From the IMG/VR virus record IMGVR_UViG_2778261375_000003: 64,000 nt of DNA; one strand, written 5' to 3'. Source of the DNA: a virus. Its lineage: Duplodnaviria > Heunggongvirae > Uroviricota > Caudoviricetes. The notes under the pieces are model-generated. The model was not told the origin of the DNA. It saw nothing but the letters and a program-made list of their open reading frames with translations, and did not search any database. The first letter of the stretch is position 1. Every line of letters begins with the position of its first letter. Shown here piece by piece: positions 40,829 to 51,617 of the stretch. Position numbers and translations under genes: made by a program.

Positions 40829-41430
40829 TGAATAAAGCCGTATTAAATAACGAACTCATTGCCATAAAAGCGGGAGACATTACCATTTATAATTATGATG
40901 GTGAAACGCGGGAATATATTTCCACATCAACTGAATATCTTGCGGTTGGCGTCGGTATACCGGCATGCTCCTGTTTAGATGCTCCTGACTCATATAAAGC
41001 TGGTTATGCAATCTGCCGTTCTGCAGATTTTAACTCATGGGTATATGTGCCAGACCACCGTGGTGAAACGGTATATAGCACTGAAACAGGAGAATCAAAA
41101 GAAATCACAGCTCCGGGTGATTACCCTGAAAATACAACCACTATCGCCCCGTTAACGCCATTCGATAAATGGGATGGTGAGAAATGGGTGACCGATACTG
41201 AGGCACAGCATTGCGCCGCAGTAGACGCGGCAGAAGCACAGCGTCAGTCACTGATTGATACTGCAATGGCTTCCATCAGTCTGATTCAACTGAAATTGCA
41301 GGCCGGGCGGAAGCTGACGCAGGCAGAAACCACCCGACTTAACGCTGTGCTGGATTACATTGACGCGGTGACGGCAACAGATACCAGCACCGCGCCGGAT
41401 GTCATCTGGCCTGAACTGCCGGAGGCGTAG
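40828..41430 (+). CDS. Tail fiber assembly protein (Tfa)
   Basis: 200 aa after fiber gene; C-terminal ...LDYIDAVTATDTSTAPDVIWPELPEA. Confidence 0.75.
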   Translation: MNKAVLNNELIAIKAGDITIYNYDGETREYISTSTEYLAVGVGIPACSCLDAPDSYKAGYAICRSADFNSWVYVPDHRGETVYSTETGESKEITAPGDYPENTTTIAPLTPFDKWDGEKWVTDTEAQHCAAVDAAEAQRQSLIDTAMASISLIQLKLQAGRKLTQAETTRLNAVLDYIDAVTATDTSTAPDVIWPELPEA

Positions 41431-41842
41431 GCCATTCAATATCTGGCGCACCGGAAGTATCGACCAGTTCCAGTGCGTCCAGGTAATCCAGCCACAAATT
41501 ATATTGCGCCAGTTCGTCACCTTTCAGACGACCAATAGCCGCTTTACCAGGCCATTGTTTACTGTTCATATAATCGTTGGCCTGATTAATCAATTGCTGC
41601 TTCTCCAATTCGGCTGCAGCAATTTGTTCCTCATGTGTTGGTGGTGGAATTTCGGACCATGCAGGAAAACCATTTTCTCCAGCGATACGGATTTTTCCTT
41701 TCGGCGGTAATCCGGAAAACTCAATATACACTTGCTCATCAACTTCAACAGCATCATCTGGCCATGAGTCAGCTTGAGTGTAATCCTCTTTCATCCCCAG
41801 CGGATAGAAAGAGTTTGTAGTCGCGGAATATATGTAATTCAT
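41402..41842 (-). CDS. Tail fiber assembly protein (Tfa), second copy, convergent
   Basis: 146 aa; C-terminal ...LDYLDALELVDTSGAPDIEWPTPP; 3' end overlaps the plus-strand tfa by 29 bp. Confidence 0.75.
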   Translation of the reverse strand: MNYIYSATTNSFYPLGMKEDYTQADSWPDDAVEVDEQVYIEFSGLPPKGKIRIAGENGFPAWSEIPPPTHEEQIAAAELEKQQLINQANDYMNSKQWPGKAAIGRLKGDELAQYNLWLDYLDALELVDTSGAPDIEWPTPPAVQAR

Positions 41843-41863
41843 TTTTCACTCCATATAGCTAAA

Positions 41864-43798
41864 TTAACAGCCTAACGCTAAAAATGAAGCGCCGAGGCCA
41901 GGAGTACTGGCTCTGGATATAAATTTAACCGGGTCGGGACTAAAACCTGCACAGGCAATATAACCAACAGCCCCGCTATCTGGTGTGTAGTCTTGTGAGA
42001 CCAAAACACGCAGACATCTGTTTGGAAATGCAATCGGGAAATGGGTTACTACATCCTGTGCAATGCCTGGTGCGCCGATTGAGCCCCACTGAAGAATAAA
42101 ACCTGATGGTAATTTTTGATATCCAGTACCTGAAACAGAAAGCGTGAAGCTACCCATATCAGGTATCTGATTCGCCCCTGTCCCTACATTCCTTTTAGCC
42201 GCTTCTCCCAAACCAAGGTATTGGATAACGGCCAGTGTGCTTGTTTTAGCCAGAATATCGCGACCGACTGACGTTAAATCAGTCTGAGCTACCGTATCCT
42301 TACCAGTGAAATAAGGCAGTTTGTTTGCACCAGTCGCAAGGGCAGCGAGAGCGGTTAAAGTTGCATCCAGAGGCTGTTTGCCTGCCAGCGCATTTGTCAT
42401 TGTTGTCGCAAAGTTCGGGTCATTGCCAAGTGCTGCGGCAAGCTCATTCAGGGTATCAAGAGCTTCTGGTGATGAACCAACCAATGCGGATATGGCAGCT
42501 CTTACATAAGCGGTCGTAGCAATCTGCGTGTTATTCGTACCCTGTGCAGCGGTAGGCGCAGTAGGGACACCCGTTAATGCAGGGCTTGCCAAAGGCGCTT
42601 TGAGAGCCAAGGCATTGTTGATAGTTGTGCTGTAATTCGGGTCGTTATTGATCGCAGCAGCTATTTCTTTAAGCGTATCCAGTGTGCCAGGCGCACCGTT
42701 GATAAGTGCAGTTATAGCTGCCTTAACAAAGGCTGTATTTGCGATCTGCGTGTTATTCGTACCCTGTGCAGCGGTAGGCGCAGTAGGTATTCCCGTTAAT
42801 GCAGGACTTGCTAAAGGAGCTTTAAGAGCCAGAGCATTGTTGATAGTTGTGCTGAAATTCGGGTCGTTATTGATCGCAGCAGCTATTTCTTTAAGCGTAT
42901 CCAGTGTGCCAGGTGCACCGTTGATAAGTGCCGTTATAGCTGCCTTAACAAAGGCTGTATTTGCGATCTGCGTGCTATTTGTACCTTGCGCTGCCGTCGG
43001 CGCGGTTGGCGTTCCTGTCAGACTCGGGCTTTCTATTGGCGCTTTGGTATCAGCCAGATCTTTTATAGACTTAACAGCTTTAGGGGTAGCCGCCATTGTT
43101 TCGCTGTCGCTGTTAGTTGCGCTACTGAGCTGAACTAATCCCTTTTGCGTTGTGCTTGCATCCTGTGCCGTATACTTGCTTTTCGCCAGATCGTAGGCTT
43201 TTTTAACTGCCAGCGAACTTGCAGCAACATCACTTCTGGTACTGGTTACAGAGTCTGAAATATCAATGCCGATCGAGCGGTTGATACGCTCGGATGTATC
43301 AATCATCTCCTGGGTAATGGCAGATACACTAGCAGGGATATTCACCGTACAAACAAGCAGCTCCCCATCTCCTAACTGATATGAATCGGTATAGGTTCTG
43401 GCAACAAATTCAGCCGCATGAATATGTGACGCGGTATTCACCTGGTAGGTATCTTCTCCAAGGAGGTATCTTCCCTTCAGCACAATTGCATATTTCTTGC
43501 CTGCACTAAGTGCAAGAGAAATATCCTTACGTTGCTGAATAGTTACCTGGTAAAATTCACCAATATCCACCGACGCCGCGCCTGCGGTTTTATCACCATC
43601 CACTGAGGTAATTAACAGGTTCATCCCACCGCCAGGCTTAGGTAAGAAACCGGCATAAAATCCCGGGTCAACAATCCCCCTGAATTTTCGGTTTAGCGCG
43701 GCTGACAGATATGGTTCGTGGTATTGCACATCGGCCACCAGAGCCAACGACTCGGATGATGGGTAAGTAACCGATGTAACAACTGTAACGTCATTCAT
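41864..43798 (-). CDS. Side tail fiber protein (Stf-like) with internal tandem repeats
   Basis: Start set at MNDVTVVTS; contains ...[25 protein letters not shown]... and ...[35 protein letters not shown]... blocks shared with lambda Stf / P2 H as recalled. Confidence 0.8.
   Translation of the reverse strand: MNDVTVVTSVTYPSSESLALVADVQYHEPYLSAALNRKFRGIVDPGFYAGFLPKPGGGMNLLITSVDGDKTAGAASVDIGEFYQVTIQQRKDISLALSAGKKYAIVLKGRYLLGEDTYQVNTASHIHAAEFVARTYTDSYQLGDGELLVCTVNIPASVSAITQEMIDTSERINRSIGIDISDSVTSTRSDVAASSLAVKKAYDLAKSKYTAQDASTTQKGLVQLSSATNSDSETMAATPKAVKSIKDLADTKAPIESPSLTGTPTAPTAAQGTNSTQIANTAFVKAAITALINGAPGTLDTLKEIAAAINNDPNFSTTINNALALKAPLASPALTGIPTAPTAAQGTNNTQIANTAFVKAAITALINGAPGTLDTLKEIAAAINNDPNYSTTINNALALKAPLASPALTGVPTAPTAAQGTNNTQIATTAYVRAAISALVGSSPEALDTLNELAAALGNDPNFATTMTNALAGKQPLDATLTALAALATGANKLPYFTGKDTVAQTDLTSVGRDILAKTSTLAVIQYLGLGEAAKRNVGTGANQIPDMGSFTLSVSGTGYQKLPSGFILQWGSIGAPGIAQDVVTHFPIAFPNRCLRVLVSQDYTPDSGAVGYIACAGFSPDPVKFISRASTPGLGASFLALGC
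42540..43030. repeat. Tandem coding repeats (about 222-bp unit) within tail fiber gene
   Basis: Near-identical DNA at 42641-42660 and 42863-42882 and surrounding; encode repeated [57 protein letters not shown] units. Confidence 0.75.
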
Positions 43799-43809
43799 CA
43801 AGCATATCC

Positions 43810-44244
43810 TTATGCTGTAGTCGTGTTTATGGCCATAACTGCGGTATATGTTTTGCCCACATACAGCGAGTCTTCCTGGACACAAATAATGGCGATTGGC
43901 TTGTTCTCGTTATCCAGAACAACCAGAGTGTTGAATGGGTAGTTTTTCCCTTCCTGCAACTGGCTTTGATCAAGGTCCATTCGGACAGTAATTATCCCGC
44001 CTGAGTAGGTTGGGACGAGGTTGATGGTGCAAAATTGACTGGTCAGTTCTGCCAGTTCGAAAGCCTTTGGCAGTTCTCCAATCTCATAAGTGCCATCTCC
44101 TTTCTTAGTAACCAGCGAACTGGTACCGAAAACGGCCTTGCTGATTAAAAATCGAGAGCCTTTGTTAATGGACGATTCAGCGCGCCGCTGATAGTAATAG
44201 TCCAACAACTGACTCTTATAGAGGTTTGTTGAGACGTCAGACAT
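43810..44244 (-). CDS. Tail/baseplate-associated hypothetical protein
   Basis: 144 aa immediately upstream of minus-strand tail fiber. Confidence 0.45.
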   Translation of the reverse strand: MSDVSTNLYKSQLLDYYYQRRAESSINKGSRFLISKAVFGTSSLVTKKGDGTYEIGELPKAFELAELTSQFCTINLVPTYSGGIITVRMDLDQSQLQEGKNYPFNTLVVLDNENKPIAIICVQEDSLYVGKTYTAVMAINTTTA

Positions 44245-44322
44245 GATTTTCCCTAATCAATGTTGTGAAGCCTCATTGTAAGATAAGTAACTTGTCACCC
44301 CGCCCTGCGGACGGGGTGATTA

Positions 44323-45162
44323 TCAGGCATCACTATCCAGCAGCAAATCATCTGCGCGGGTGCGATCAAACGTAGGCGTTGCTTTCACAATAGTGCCGCC
44401 CGGCGTTGCAGTGATCGGAGCGCTAATCGACGTAACTCCAGTAAGCGAAGTTGTATCCGAAGTTTCAAACCAGCAGTACGCTTTTTCGGTATCAGAAATC
44501 TCGTTCAAAGTGATCATGTCGGCGTGTTCATTTACAACAACCGACAAATAGAGCGTAAGCCCATCAAACACTATATGCAGTGGCAGTAGAGGCTTTACGA
44601 ACTGATTAAACTTTCTGAGAATTTCTTCTGTAATTGCGGACTGATCTATCGTGCCAGTAATCCCCATTGTCCGGGCCAGGTCGTTTATGGGAATACTGAT
44701 CATCCCTCTGGAAGTCAGAAACATCTCGCCGAATGTGCCGCCGGTAGTCTCCAGTGTGCTTTCAGGTATTAGAACCGTGCCATAGGGATGACGCTCAAGG
44801 TCCACCGGTGCATATATCGGATCCCATAAAACAGAAATACCGTTAAATTCGCGGTAAATTGTCTGGTTTATAGGGCGTTCAGTCCCCTTAAAGTGAATCT
44901 CATCAAGACGCTGTTGTAACAACATCGGAACGGAAGATGAGTTCGACGTTCTGATAGTAAAGAACTGGCCAAGTTCATTTGTCCTGGTCTCCAGATCCTC
45001 CTTGCTCATGGAAAAAATAGACTTCCGGTTGGTAATTCGCTCCAACCATGGGTCAACAAAGGTATCCATCATTGACTGAACCAAATCAGCCAATGATTTA
45101 TAGAGCAATGACTTTTGCTTAGCTGATGTAAGCCGGTTATTAAACCAGGAACGCTGCATCAC
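44323..45162 (-). CDS. Baseplate protein (gpI-like position)
   Basis: 279 aa between J-like gene and fiber region on minus strand. Confidence 0.45.
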   Translation of the reverse strand: MMQRSWFNNRLTSAKQKSLLYKSLADLVQSMMDTFVDPWLERITNRKSIFSMSKEDLETRTNELGQFFTIRTSNSSSVPMLLQQRLDEIHFKGTERPINQTIYREFNGISVLWDPIYAPVDLERHPYGTVLIPESTLETTGGTFGEMFLTSRGMISIPINDLARTMGITGTIDQSAITEEILRKFNQFVKPLLPLHIVFDGLTLYLSVVVNEHADMITLNEISDTEKAYCWFETSDTTSLTGVTSISAPITATPGGTIVKATPTFDRTRADDLLLDSDA

Positions 45163-46592
45163 TCCTCCTCATACGAAATATTAAAGGTGGAGTTTTCTGT
45201 ATCCAGATAAACGAAATCGTAAAAGCCGTTGGACTCATTCCACTCGACAAATTCCAGATAAAAGTCGCGGAAATAACCCAGCGTTTCGATAAATGCCCAA
45301 ACGTCTTTTTTCTTGATTAGGATGTACTTGCCAACACGGTTCGGATCAAAGAAAGTTGAGTCACGCCCAAATTTTGTTTCCAGTGCCGACTTCAGCTCAT
45401 CAGTCACGTTCTCAATGGTCAGGCTTGCCGATATCCGCCCGGTGATGGTGATCTTAAAGGGTAGTTTTCTGACCTCTTTATACGAGAATTTCTTGTTCAA
45501 CTCATTCGGCACCTTCTTAAAGGCAGCCAGGATCATTTCTTCAAGCTCTGACTGGCTTTTGTTTGGATGCCATCCTGAAATAAATATCTTATTGATATTC
45601 CGAACATTATAAGCACCATCTAATTTCTCTTGCTGGCCTTCGCCCCATGCCTTTACCCAGGACAGTCCCGGGATGTTACGCACCAGAAAATACGTATAGT
45701 CCCCGCCCCATACGACCTGATCATCATAGGCAAGGTAATATTGTGCACGATTACGTGTGATCTCCGTTGTTTCGGCATCGGTACCTGCGGTTATGGGTGT
45801 CATTGTCTTAACTGAAATCAAATTAGCTAAATTAGCCGCAGAATCGACAGGCGTCAGATTTTGGCCAGCAACCAAGGTTATATCTCCGTTGGTGCACCAT
45901 ACCTTAAGTGTAATGGTCGAGCCTTCTGGCGGTATTTGCCCAATTAGCCCATCACCGAATCGAACCCCCAACTGCTCGGATGGTTTATAAAACTCAACGT
46001 AGACCTGGCTTTTACTACCAGCTAACCGGAACATAGTGCTGGAAGACCACTGCGTGGTCTTACCATCGGTCGTCACGAATACTTCCAGCTTATAGCAGAC
46101 AGCAGTGAGAGCCTTTGATAACACGACTTCCAGAAATTCTTTGGCTGCCGTAACGGTATATGTCACCTCCTGGATTTCCAACTGTGCCACTTCTACCGTA
46201 CCGGTGCCGTCAACCAACCTGCATACATCCATAGTTATGTAAGGGTACTGGTCGTCAGATATTAAAGGCATGTTTTTGGGGATTACCGCTGGAGCATCTT
46301 CACTTGTGGCGGTGATCTCAATCATCCCCGATGACGGTGTTGGCTTGGTACCAACGTAACTATTCGTTTCTGCCGCTGCCAGGATAGAGGAACGCCGCGT
46401 CGCGGTCGATATAAAGCCTTCAGCCAGCGCCGCATCGGCATACTGAAAGCACCTGTAGACAATCTGGGTAATAAACAATGTCAGCATCGAGACAAATTGA
46501 GAGCCGACAAACTTCGACCAGAATGAATCTTTCTCGACAAGCTCTTCAAACTCTGCACGAATACTGTCTTTAGTCGGTGTTGTTTTACTCAT
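45159..46592 (-). CDS. Baseplate J-like protein
   Basis: 477 aa in canonical position of minus-strand tail module. Confidence 0.55.
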   Translation of the reverse strand: MSKTTPTKDSIRAEFEELVEKDSFWSKFVGSQFVSMLTLFITQIVYRCFQYADAALAEGFISTATRRSSILAAAETNSYVGTKPTPSSGMIEITATSEDAPAVIPKNMPLISDDQYPYITMDVCRLVDGTGTVEVAQLEIQEVTYTVTAAKEFLEVVLSKALTAVCYKLEVFVTTDGKTTQWSSSTMFRLAGSKSQVYVEFYKPSEQLGVRFGDGLIGQIPPEGSTITLKVWCTNGDITLVAGQNLTPVDSAANLANLISVKTMTPITAGTDAETTEITRNRAQYYLAYDDQVVWGGDYTYFLVRNIPGLSWVKAWGEGQQEKLDGAYNVRNINKIFISGWHPNKSQSELEEMILAAFKKVPNELNKKFSYKEVRKLPFKITITGRISASLTIENVTDELKSALETKFGRDSTFFDPNRVGKYILIKKKDVWAFIETLGYFRDFYLEFVEWNESNGFYDFVYLDTENSTFNISYEEE

Positions 46593-46948
46593 AGCACCAC
46601 GTCCTGTGTGATAGTTATATCCCTGATACGAATGGATATTTTCAACTTATCAAAAGCATCTCCCTCGGCTACTGACAAGCCAGAAATCGGTATGTCAGGT
46701 AAATCTACCGTCAGTTTTTGCAACAGCATTGCCTCAACCGCAATTTGAACATGCGACAAGTTGGTCGGTTCGTGTTTAAACTGCGGTAAAACATTGCCCC
46801 ATGACGGATCCCCGTATACCTCACCCTGATAAGTGTTTAGCCACTCATATAAACGAGCGCCCCAGGCCTCCTCCTGGGACTCATACGTTTTTACGCCGGA
46901 TAACTCCAGCGTCAGCAAAGGATCAATTTCGTTATTGTTGGCCATCAA
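46589..46948 (-). CDS. Baseplate wedge protein (gpW/gp25-like)
   Basis: 119 aa, coupled between tape-measure-like gene and J-like gene. Confidence 0.5.
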   Translation of the reverse strand: MMANNNEIDPLLTLELSGVKTYESQEEAWGARLYEWLNTYQGEVYGDPSWGNVLPQFKHEPTNLSHVQIAVEAMLLQKLTVDLPDIPISGLSVAEGDAFDKLKISIRIRDITITQDVVL

Positions 46949-49900
46949 TCAACTCTCGCGTAGTCATTCATCAACGGATCATCAATTGACAGTGGTACCG
47001 TGCGCATAACGCCCGGCTGAGGCGTGCTGACCTTTACGACAGTTCCCTGGCCTTTCGCCGAGTCTTTGGTGTGCTCTTCAATCCTGGCAAGCAATGAGGC
47101 CATCTGCGCAAACAGCCGCTTCGTTTCACCATCAAGTGAAACGGTATTATCAGCCAACTGCATTGTCGGCTTGGCACCGGAGCCGCCAAGGTCACTAATA
47201 ACCTGTCCGTCTATCTGCATACGACCGGTTGGTTGCTGCAAATCGTTGGCGGCAGTCGTCACCTTGGACGTGGAGGCTGGTTCAGGCGCATTATTTTTCC
47301 GCATCCCCGGCGAGTTGCGGAGTTTATCGAATAGTCCATCAATCTCCATTTGTGCGCCGAGTTGGTCAAAGTAACTTGAGTTGTTGGCCACCGGACGCGC
47401 CTCTTCAACTGGCATCGGAGTATCAACATACACATTGCCAGCTGCTGTTGCGGTCCCCTTCCCTCGTGCACGTTCTTCGAGCGTTCCCTGAACGACTTCC
47501 CGACGCATACCCCGGCCATTCATGAATTTGTTGACCAGATCGTTAACGCCAACAGCATTGCCGATTTTGTCTACCAGACCGCCTTTCTCAAACGGGCTAT
47601 CACCAGGGGTAAATGCCAGGCCAGTAGACTGATCGATAACAGCGTTATCAGGCAGTGGTCCCCTCACTCCATATTGCGCCCCACCCTGTGCTCCTGCTCC
47701 AGGTGTATAGATTTCACCACCTAAATAGCGAGCACGATGAGTATTGACCTTGATCGCGTACTCACGGTTTTCTTTGGATAAGTCACCTGTGCCTTTTTTC
47801 CACTTATTGATAGTGCCAAACCCAGCGTTATATGCAGTGATGGCCTCGTTTAAGTCTCCATTGGCTTGCTTCAGATACTTGCTCATGAGAAGAGCCGCAG
47901 CTTCTGCCGATTTCACAGGATCAAACGATTCACCTTCAGCTAAGCCAGTCTCTTCACGAGCAATCCCCGTGAACTGAAACATTCCCAGAGCACCGGTTTG
48001 GGATTTTGCATACGGATTACCACCAGATTCAGTTGCAGCAATCGCGTAAAGAGTGCCTTCTGGAAGACCGTATTTATTCTCTAGTTCGGCAAAATACGGA
48101 GCCAACTTATCGAGATTTGCCTTACCTTCAGCGCCAAGACTTCCGACTTTTACATCTAAGTTGCCATTGTTGTAAGTATCCGCAGCTTTCTGAATGTCAT
48201 TCCTGGTGCCAGTAGTATTAAGCGACGATGATGATGAGCTATTTTGACCAATAGCATTATCAATTTTCTGCAACGCGCTATTGCCCGTTTCTACGGCATT
48301 TGCATTGATAATCTGATTGGCAGTTTCTTTAACTGTTTTATTGCTATCTTTCGCCGTATCTAGGGATGCATTTACAACACGAGTGACAATATTAGCCTTT
48401 TTAGGGGTATATTCAGTCTTAGGAGCATTGTCCTCCTGACTTTCTTTAGCTGGTGTTTTTAATTCAGGTGTAACCTCTTTCGCATCCGCTTTGTTGACTA
48501 GCTTTGATGCAACCCAGGCCACAGGGGTGCTCTGAACAGCGGCATCTGCAACCTCACCTGAAAGCTCTTTTGCGGCACTCCATAGATTACTGCCAGCTTC
48601 TTTAATGTATTTCCCTGGGTTCTTAATGAAATCAATTGCACTATCAATTGCATCACTGAAAACCTGTTTCAGGTTATCGACAGTAAAGAAGTTTTTGATG
48701 GCGTCTAATTTTTCGTTCAGGTTCTTTGTTGTGTCACTGAACCATGCTGAAATAGCATCACCAATCTTTGCAGTATAATCACTAAATGTCGTGGATATAG
48801 TATCACCAAGGTTAGAAATATATGTTTCTAAATTGGTAATCCCACTATCAATGGCCTGGGCAATACTTTCCGTCGAAAATGATTGCAACATATTGCCGAT
48901 ATCCTCAAATCCAAGTGATTTGAGAACGCCGCCAATGGCACTGCTAATACCAGATACCAGTCCTCCCATATCGAGAACGTTAGCCAGTGTATAAGCCGCT
49001 TTTTGCTGAAAAGATGGATCTTCCCCATCCTTAAGCCCAAAGGTCCGACGTTGTGCTTCTGTATCATTCCAACCGGTTACCGCATCATAGATACCTCCAG
49101 CCACCGTGCCGACTAGCGGAATTGCGCGTAAAGCCCCCTTTGCAAGAGCCTTAACACCTAGTTTCCCCAATCCCTTAGTTGCAAGTTTTCCGGCACCGCG
49201 AGTAGCCAATTCGCCAGCTTCTTTGGCAGCAGCTTTTTTCCCACCAAAGCCCAATAAGCTTGCAACTTTTTTTATACCTAAAGCGCCTAGTGCCATCGAG
49301 CCAACTTTCTTTAGTACCCCACGGCCAAAAATAAGGGAAGCAATACCACCGGCCCCCTTCCCTAACAGGCTAAATAGTTTGGACAGCAAGCCGCCCTTCT
49401 TTTTCCCGGTGTTTTTGGCTATCTGATCAAGGGCGCTGAGAATCTTGTCATTGCCCTCTTTAATTTCGCTGGTCTGCTCCTGAAGTTCCTGAACCGTCCG
49501 TTTTTGGGTGTTAACCTGAACGACATCGGCACTATTTTGCGATTTACGCCTAAAAAAACCTTTTCTACGGCTGTTATCGTCATTGCCACGAATCACATCG
49601 GCAATAGACTTTCTGGCACCATTAAGCGATCCACCAACTTCTTTTGATATCCCGCCAAGCTCCTTCCCTGCTGCCCACAATGGACCAGCAACGGCATAAC
49701 CTAACGCATCGACGGCACGAGTCTCTGAAGGGTTACCTATGCCTTCAGCTACTTTTGACAGTTTTTTTAATAAACCTGATTCAGCATTTAGACGCTCATC
49801 ATCCTCTTTGCGCCTGGCCTTTTCAGCACGTTCAGCACGGGCATCTTCCGCTGCGGCCTTACTCCCTGACTTTCCAATAAAACGACCACGCGCATCGCGT

Positions 49901-50640
49901 TGGTTTTGGCTTTTTTGCGCACCGCCTTTTTGATCGAACATTTTGCGAGCGTGTTCGGCTGCTTCGGTCCGTTGTGCCTTTATATCCTCTGGTATAGCCT
50001 TCCTGCGTCGTTTTTTACCCTTTGGTGTAGTTGATTTGGCCTGCTGTTCCTGTTGAGCAATGCCCTCCTGAACTACACGAGAAACGTCCCCTAAATTAAG
50101 CCGTTTCATTGCATCAACAATAGGGTCTACTGATGGCGCATTGGCCACAAAGTCTGGCCGGGAATTTTCGATTGTTCGATTTAATGCCGACACACTGCGA
50201 GATACTGGGTCAACCGTTGCAACGCGTTCCCCTTTCAAATCACGATCGAGTTTGACCGTTTCTAACCGCTGTGCTTTAACATCCTCTGTTATTGCCTCTC
50301 TTCGTCTATTTGGGGGATTGTGCGCTGTTGGTGCAGCCTGCTGTTCACGGTTAGTGACTTTGTCCTCCCGTATACGAGAAACGTCCCCTAAATTAAGCCG
50401 TTTCATTGCGTCAACAATAGAGTCCACTGATGGCGCATTGGTCACAAAGTCAGGACGTGAATTTTCGATTGTGCGATTTAATGCCGACACACTGCGAGAG
50501 ACAGGATCAACAGTTGCAACTCGTTCCCCTTTCAAATCTTCAACAGCTTCCCGAATACCTGCAAGCTCTTCCAGCTCTTTCGCGCTGGCGGTTTCAACTG
50601 TCCTTATAACATCGTCAATATTGGCGTTTTTTCTTTCCAT
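46945..50640 (-). CDS. Tape-measure-like protein with lytic transglycosylase (SLT) domain
   Basis: 1231 aa; SLT-like block ...AIAATESGGNPYAKSQTGALGMFQF...AYNAG...; Gly/Ala-rich helical stretches; two copies of an N-terminal repeat of about 55 aa. Confidence 0.6.
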   Translation of the reverse strand: MERKNANIDDVIRTVETASAKELEELAGIREAVEDLKGERVATVDPVSRSVSALNRTIENSRPDFVTNAPSVDSIVDAMKRLNLGDVSRIREDKVTNREQQAAPTAHNPPNRRREAITEDVKAQRLETVKLDRDLKGERVATVDPVSRSVSALNRTIENSRPDFVANAPSVDPIVDAMKRLNLGDVSRVVQEGIAQQEQQAKSTTPKGKKRRRKAIPEDIKAQRTEAAEHARKMFDQKGGAQKSQNQRDARGRFIGKSGSKAAAEDARAERAEKARRKEDDERLNAESGLLKKLSKVAEGIGNPSETRAVDALGYAVAGPLWAAGKELGGISKEVGGSLNGARKSIADVIRGNDDNSRRKGFFRRKSQNSADVVQVNTQKRTVQELQEQTSEIKEGNDKILSALDQIAKNTGKKKGGLLSKLFSLLGKGAGGIASLIFGRGVLKKVGSMALGALGIKKVASLLGFGGKKAAAKEAGELATRGAGKLATKGLGKLGVKALAKGALRAIPLVGTVAGGIYDAVTGWNDTEAQRRTFGLKDGEDPSFQQKAAYTLANVLDMGGLVSGISSAIGGVLKSLGFEDIGNMLQSFSTESIAQAIDSGITNLETYISNLGDTISTTFSDYTAKIGDAISAWFSDTTKNLNEKLDAIKNFFTVDNLKQVFSDAIDSAIDFIKNPGKYIKEAGSNLWSAAKELSGEVADAAVQSTPVAWVASKLVNKADAKEVTPELKTPAKESQEDNAPKTEYTPKKANIVTRVVNASLDTAKDSNKTVKETANQIINANAVETGNSALQKIDNAIGQNSSSSSSLNTTGTRNDIQKAADTYNNGNLDVKVGSLGAEGKANLDKLAPYFAELENKYGLPEGTLYAIAATESGGNPYAKSQTGALGMFQFTGIAREETGLAEGESFDPVKSAEAAALLMSKYLKQANGDLNEAITAYNAGFGTINKWKKGTGDLSKENREYAIKVNTHRARYLGGEIYTPGAGAQGGAQYGVRGPLPDNAVIDQSTGLAFTPGDSPFEKGGLVDKIGNAVGVNDLVNKFMNGRGMRREVVQGTLEERARGKGTATAAGNVYVDTPMPVEEARPVANNSSYFDQLGAQMEIDGLFDKLRNSPGMRKNNAPEPASTSKVTTAANDLQQPTGRMQIDGQVISDLGGSGAKPTMQLADNTVSLDGETKRLFAQMASLLARIEEHTKDSAKGQGTVVKVSTPQPGVMRTVPLSIDDPLMNDYARVD

Positions 50641-50721
50641 GATCTTATCGCCTACCGTTTCGGTTTAAGTTTTTCTTCCAGTTTCTCCAACAGGAAAAAC
50701 GCATAGGATTCAGTAAGCCTT

Positions 50722-51603
50722 TCAGCGTCCTGAATCGGTATACCCCCATACAAAACCAGGTTGGACACTAAGGTCTGATAGCTTTTCAATCCCCACCTGT
50801 GGAATGAAGTCGGTAGCCCGAAAGGGCACCCACAGACGGGTATATGCACCCTCTGTGGACTCCTTTTTATCCTGATTTGGGCATTTATGCGGCGGGAGAC
50901 GAAGACGCATTTCACCTTTATCGATGTAGCACGGTAAACCATGTTCGAGCTTTTCATGAGCCAGTCGGATGTGTGCCGCCAGCTTCATAAATTCAGTATC
51001 AATGGCCATCCGTTTAATCGTTTCATAACGACGCTCAGCCTGATCTTCACGAGTACCGCTAACATCGTTATAAAGCTCACACTGATAAGCGAATTCCCAA
51101 AAACGCAAATCAACGATCGCTTCTTTGAATTCCGCGTCGTCTTCAGGTGGCAATGCTGCACGGCGCATCTCCAGCATTTCCATTGCCCAACCATCAAGCG
51201 GCACGATACGCCATTGATAAGGTACTCCCTCTACAGACACCTCAATATCGTCAATGAAAGGTTCCACTTCCAGGACCTGGATATCTTCAGCCAGAGCATT
51301 CATATCGCAATCGTAATAATGCTCTTTACCGCAATGTTTACAGGTGTAGGTGAATGTCTCGACCGGTGTTTCACGGGAGCCGGTAAATATCCACCATAAC
51401 GCGGTAATCCGGTCCTGCGCCGTCCATGTCAGGGGATCATGTTTCGCGGGTTCAGCAAGCAAGGCTTTTAAATACGCCGTTGTCTGTTGTTCTTGTTCCT
51501 CCGGTGTTATCGAGTTGAAACGCATCGCATCAGCAATATTTGGCTGACGGAACTGGATCAATTCAGTTGGCCGCGATGGTAGCGGGAAAAGAGGTAAAAG
51601 CAT
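50722..51603 (-). CDS. Phage tail-associated hypothetical protein (possible chaperone)
   Basis: 293 aa directly upstream of tape-measure-like gene. Confidence 0.4.
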   Translation of the reverse strand: MLLPLFPLPSRPTELIQFRQPNIADAMRFNSITPEEQEQQTTAYLKALLAEPAKHDPLTWTAQDRITALWWIFTGSRETPVETFTYTCKHCGKEHYYDCDMNALAEDIQVLEVEPFIDDIEVSVEGVPYQWRIVPLDGWAMEMLEMRRAALPPEDDAEFKEAIVDLRFWEFAYQCELYNDVSGTREDQAERRYETIKRMAIDTEFMKLAAHIRLAHEKLEHGLPCYIDKGEMRLRLPPHKCPNQDKKESTEGAYTRLWVPFRATDFIPQVGIEKLSDLSVQPGFVWGYTDSGR

Positions 51604-51617
51604 CCTTGCTCCTTAAT

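Noticed and set aside
42648-43133. 161-aa plus-strand ORF with internal repeats
   Set aside because: Antisense image of the tandem repeats in the minus-strand tail fiber gene; the repetition is inherited from the real gene.
40055-43798. Interpretation as a Mu G-segment-type invertible tail fiber cassette
   Set aside because: No DNA invertase gene is adjacent, and the minus-strand fiber has its own complete N-terminus preceded by a full minus-strand baseplate operon; a junction of two tail modules fits better. Not fully excluded without comparative data.
50141-50668. 175-aa plus-strand ORF with duplicated segments
   Set aside because: Antisense to the N-terminal duplicated region of the tape-measure-like gene; shadow ORF.
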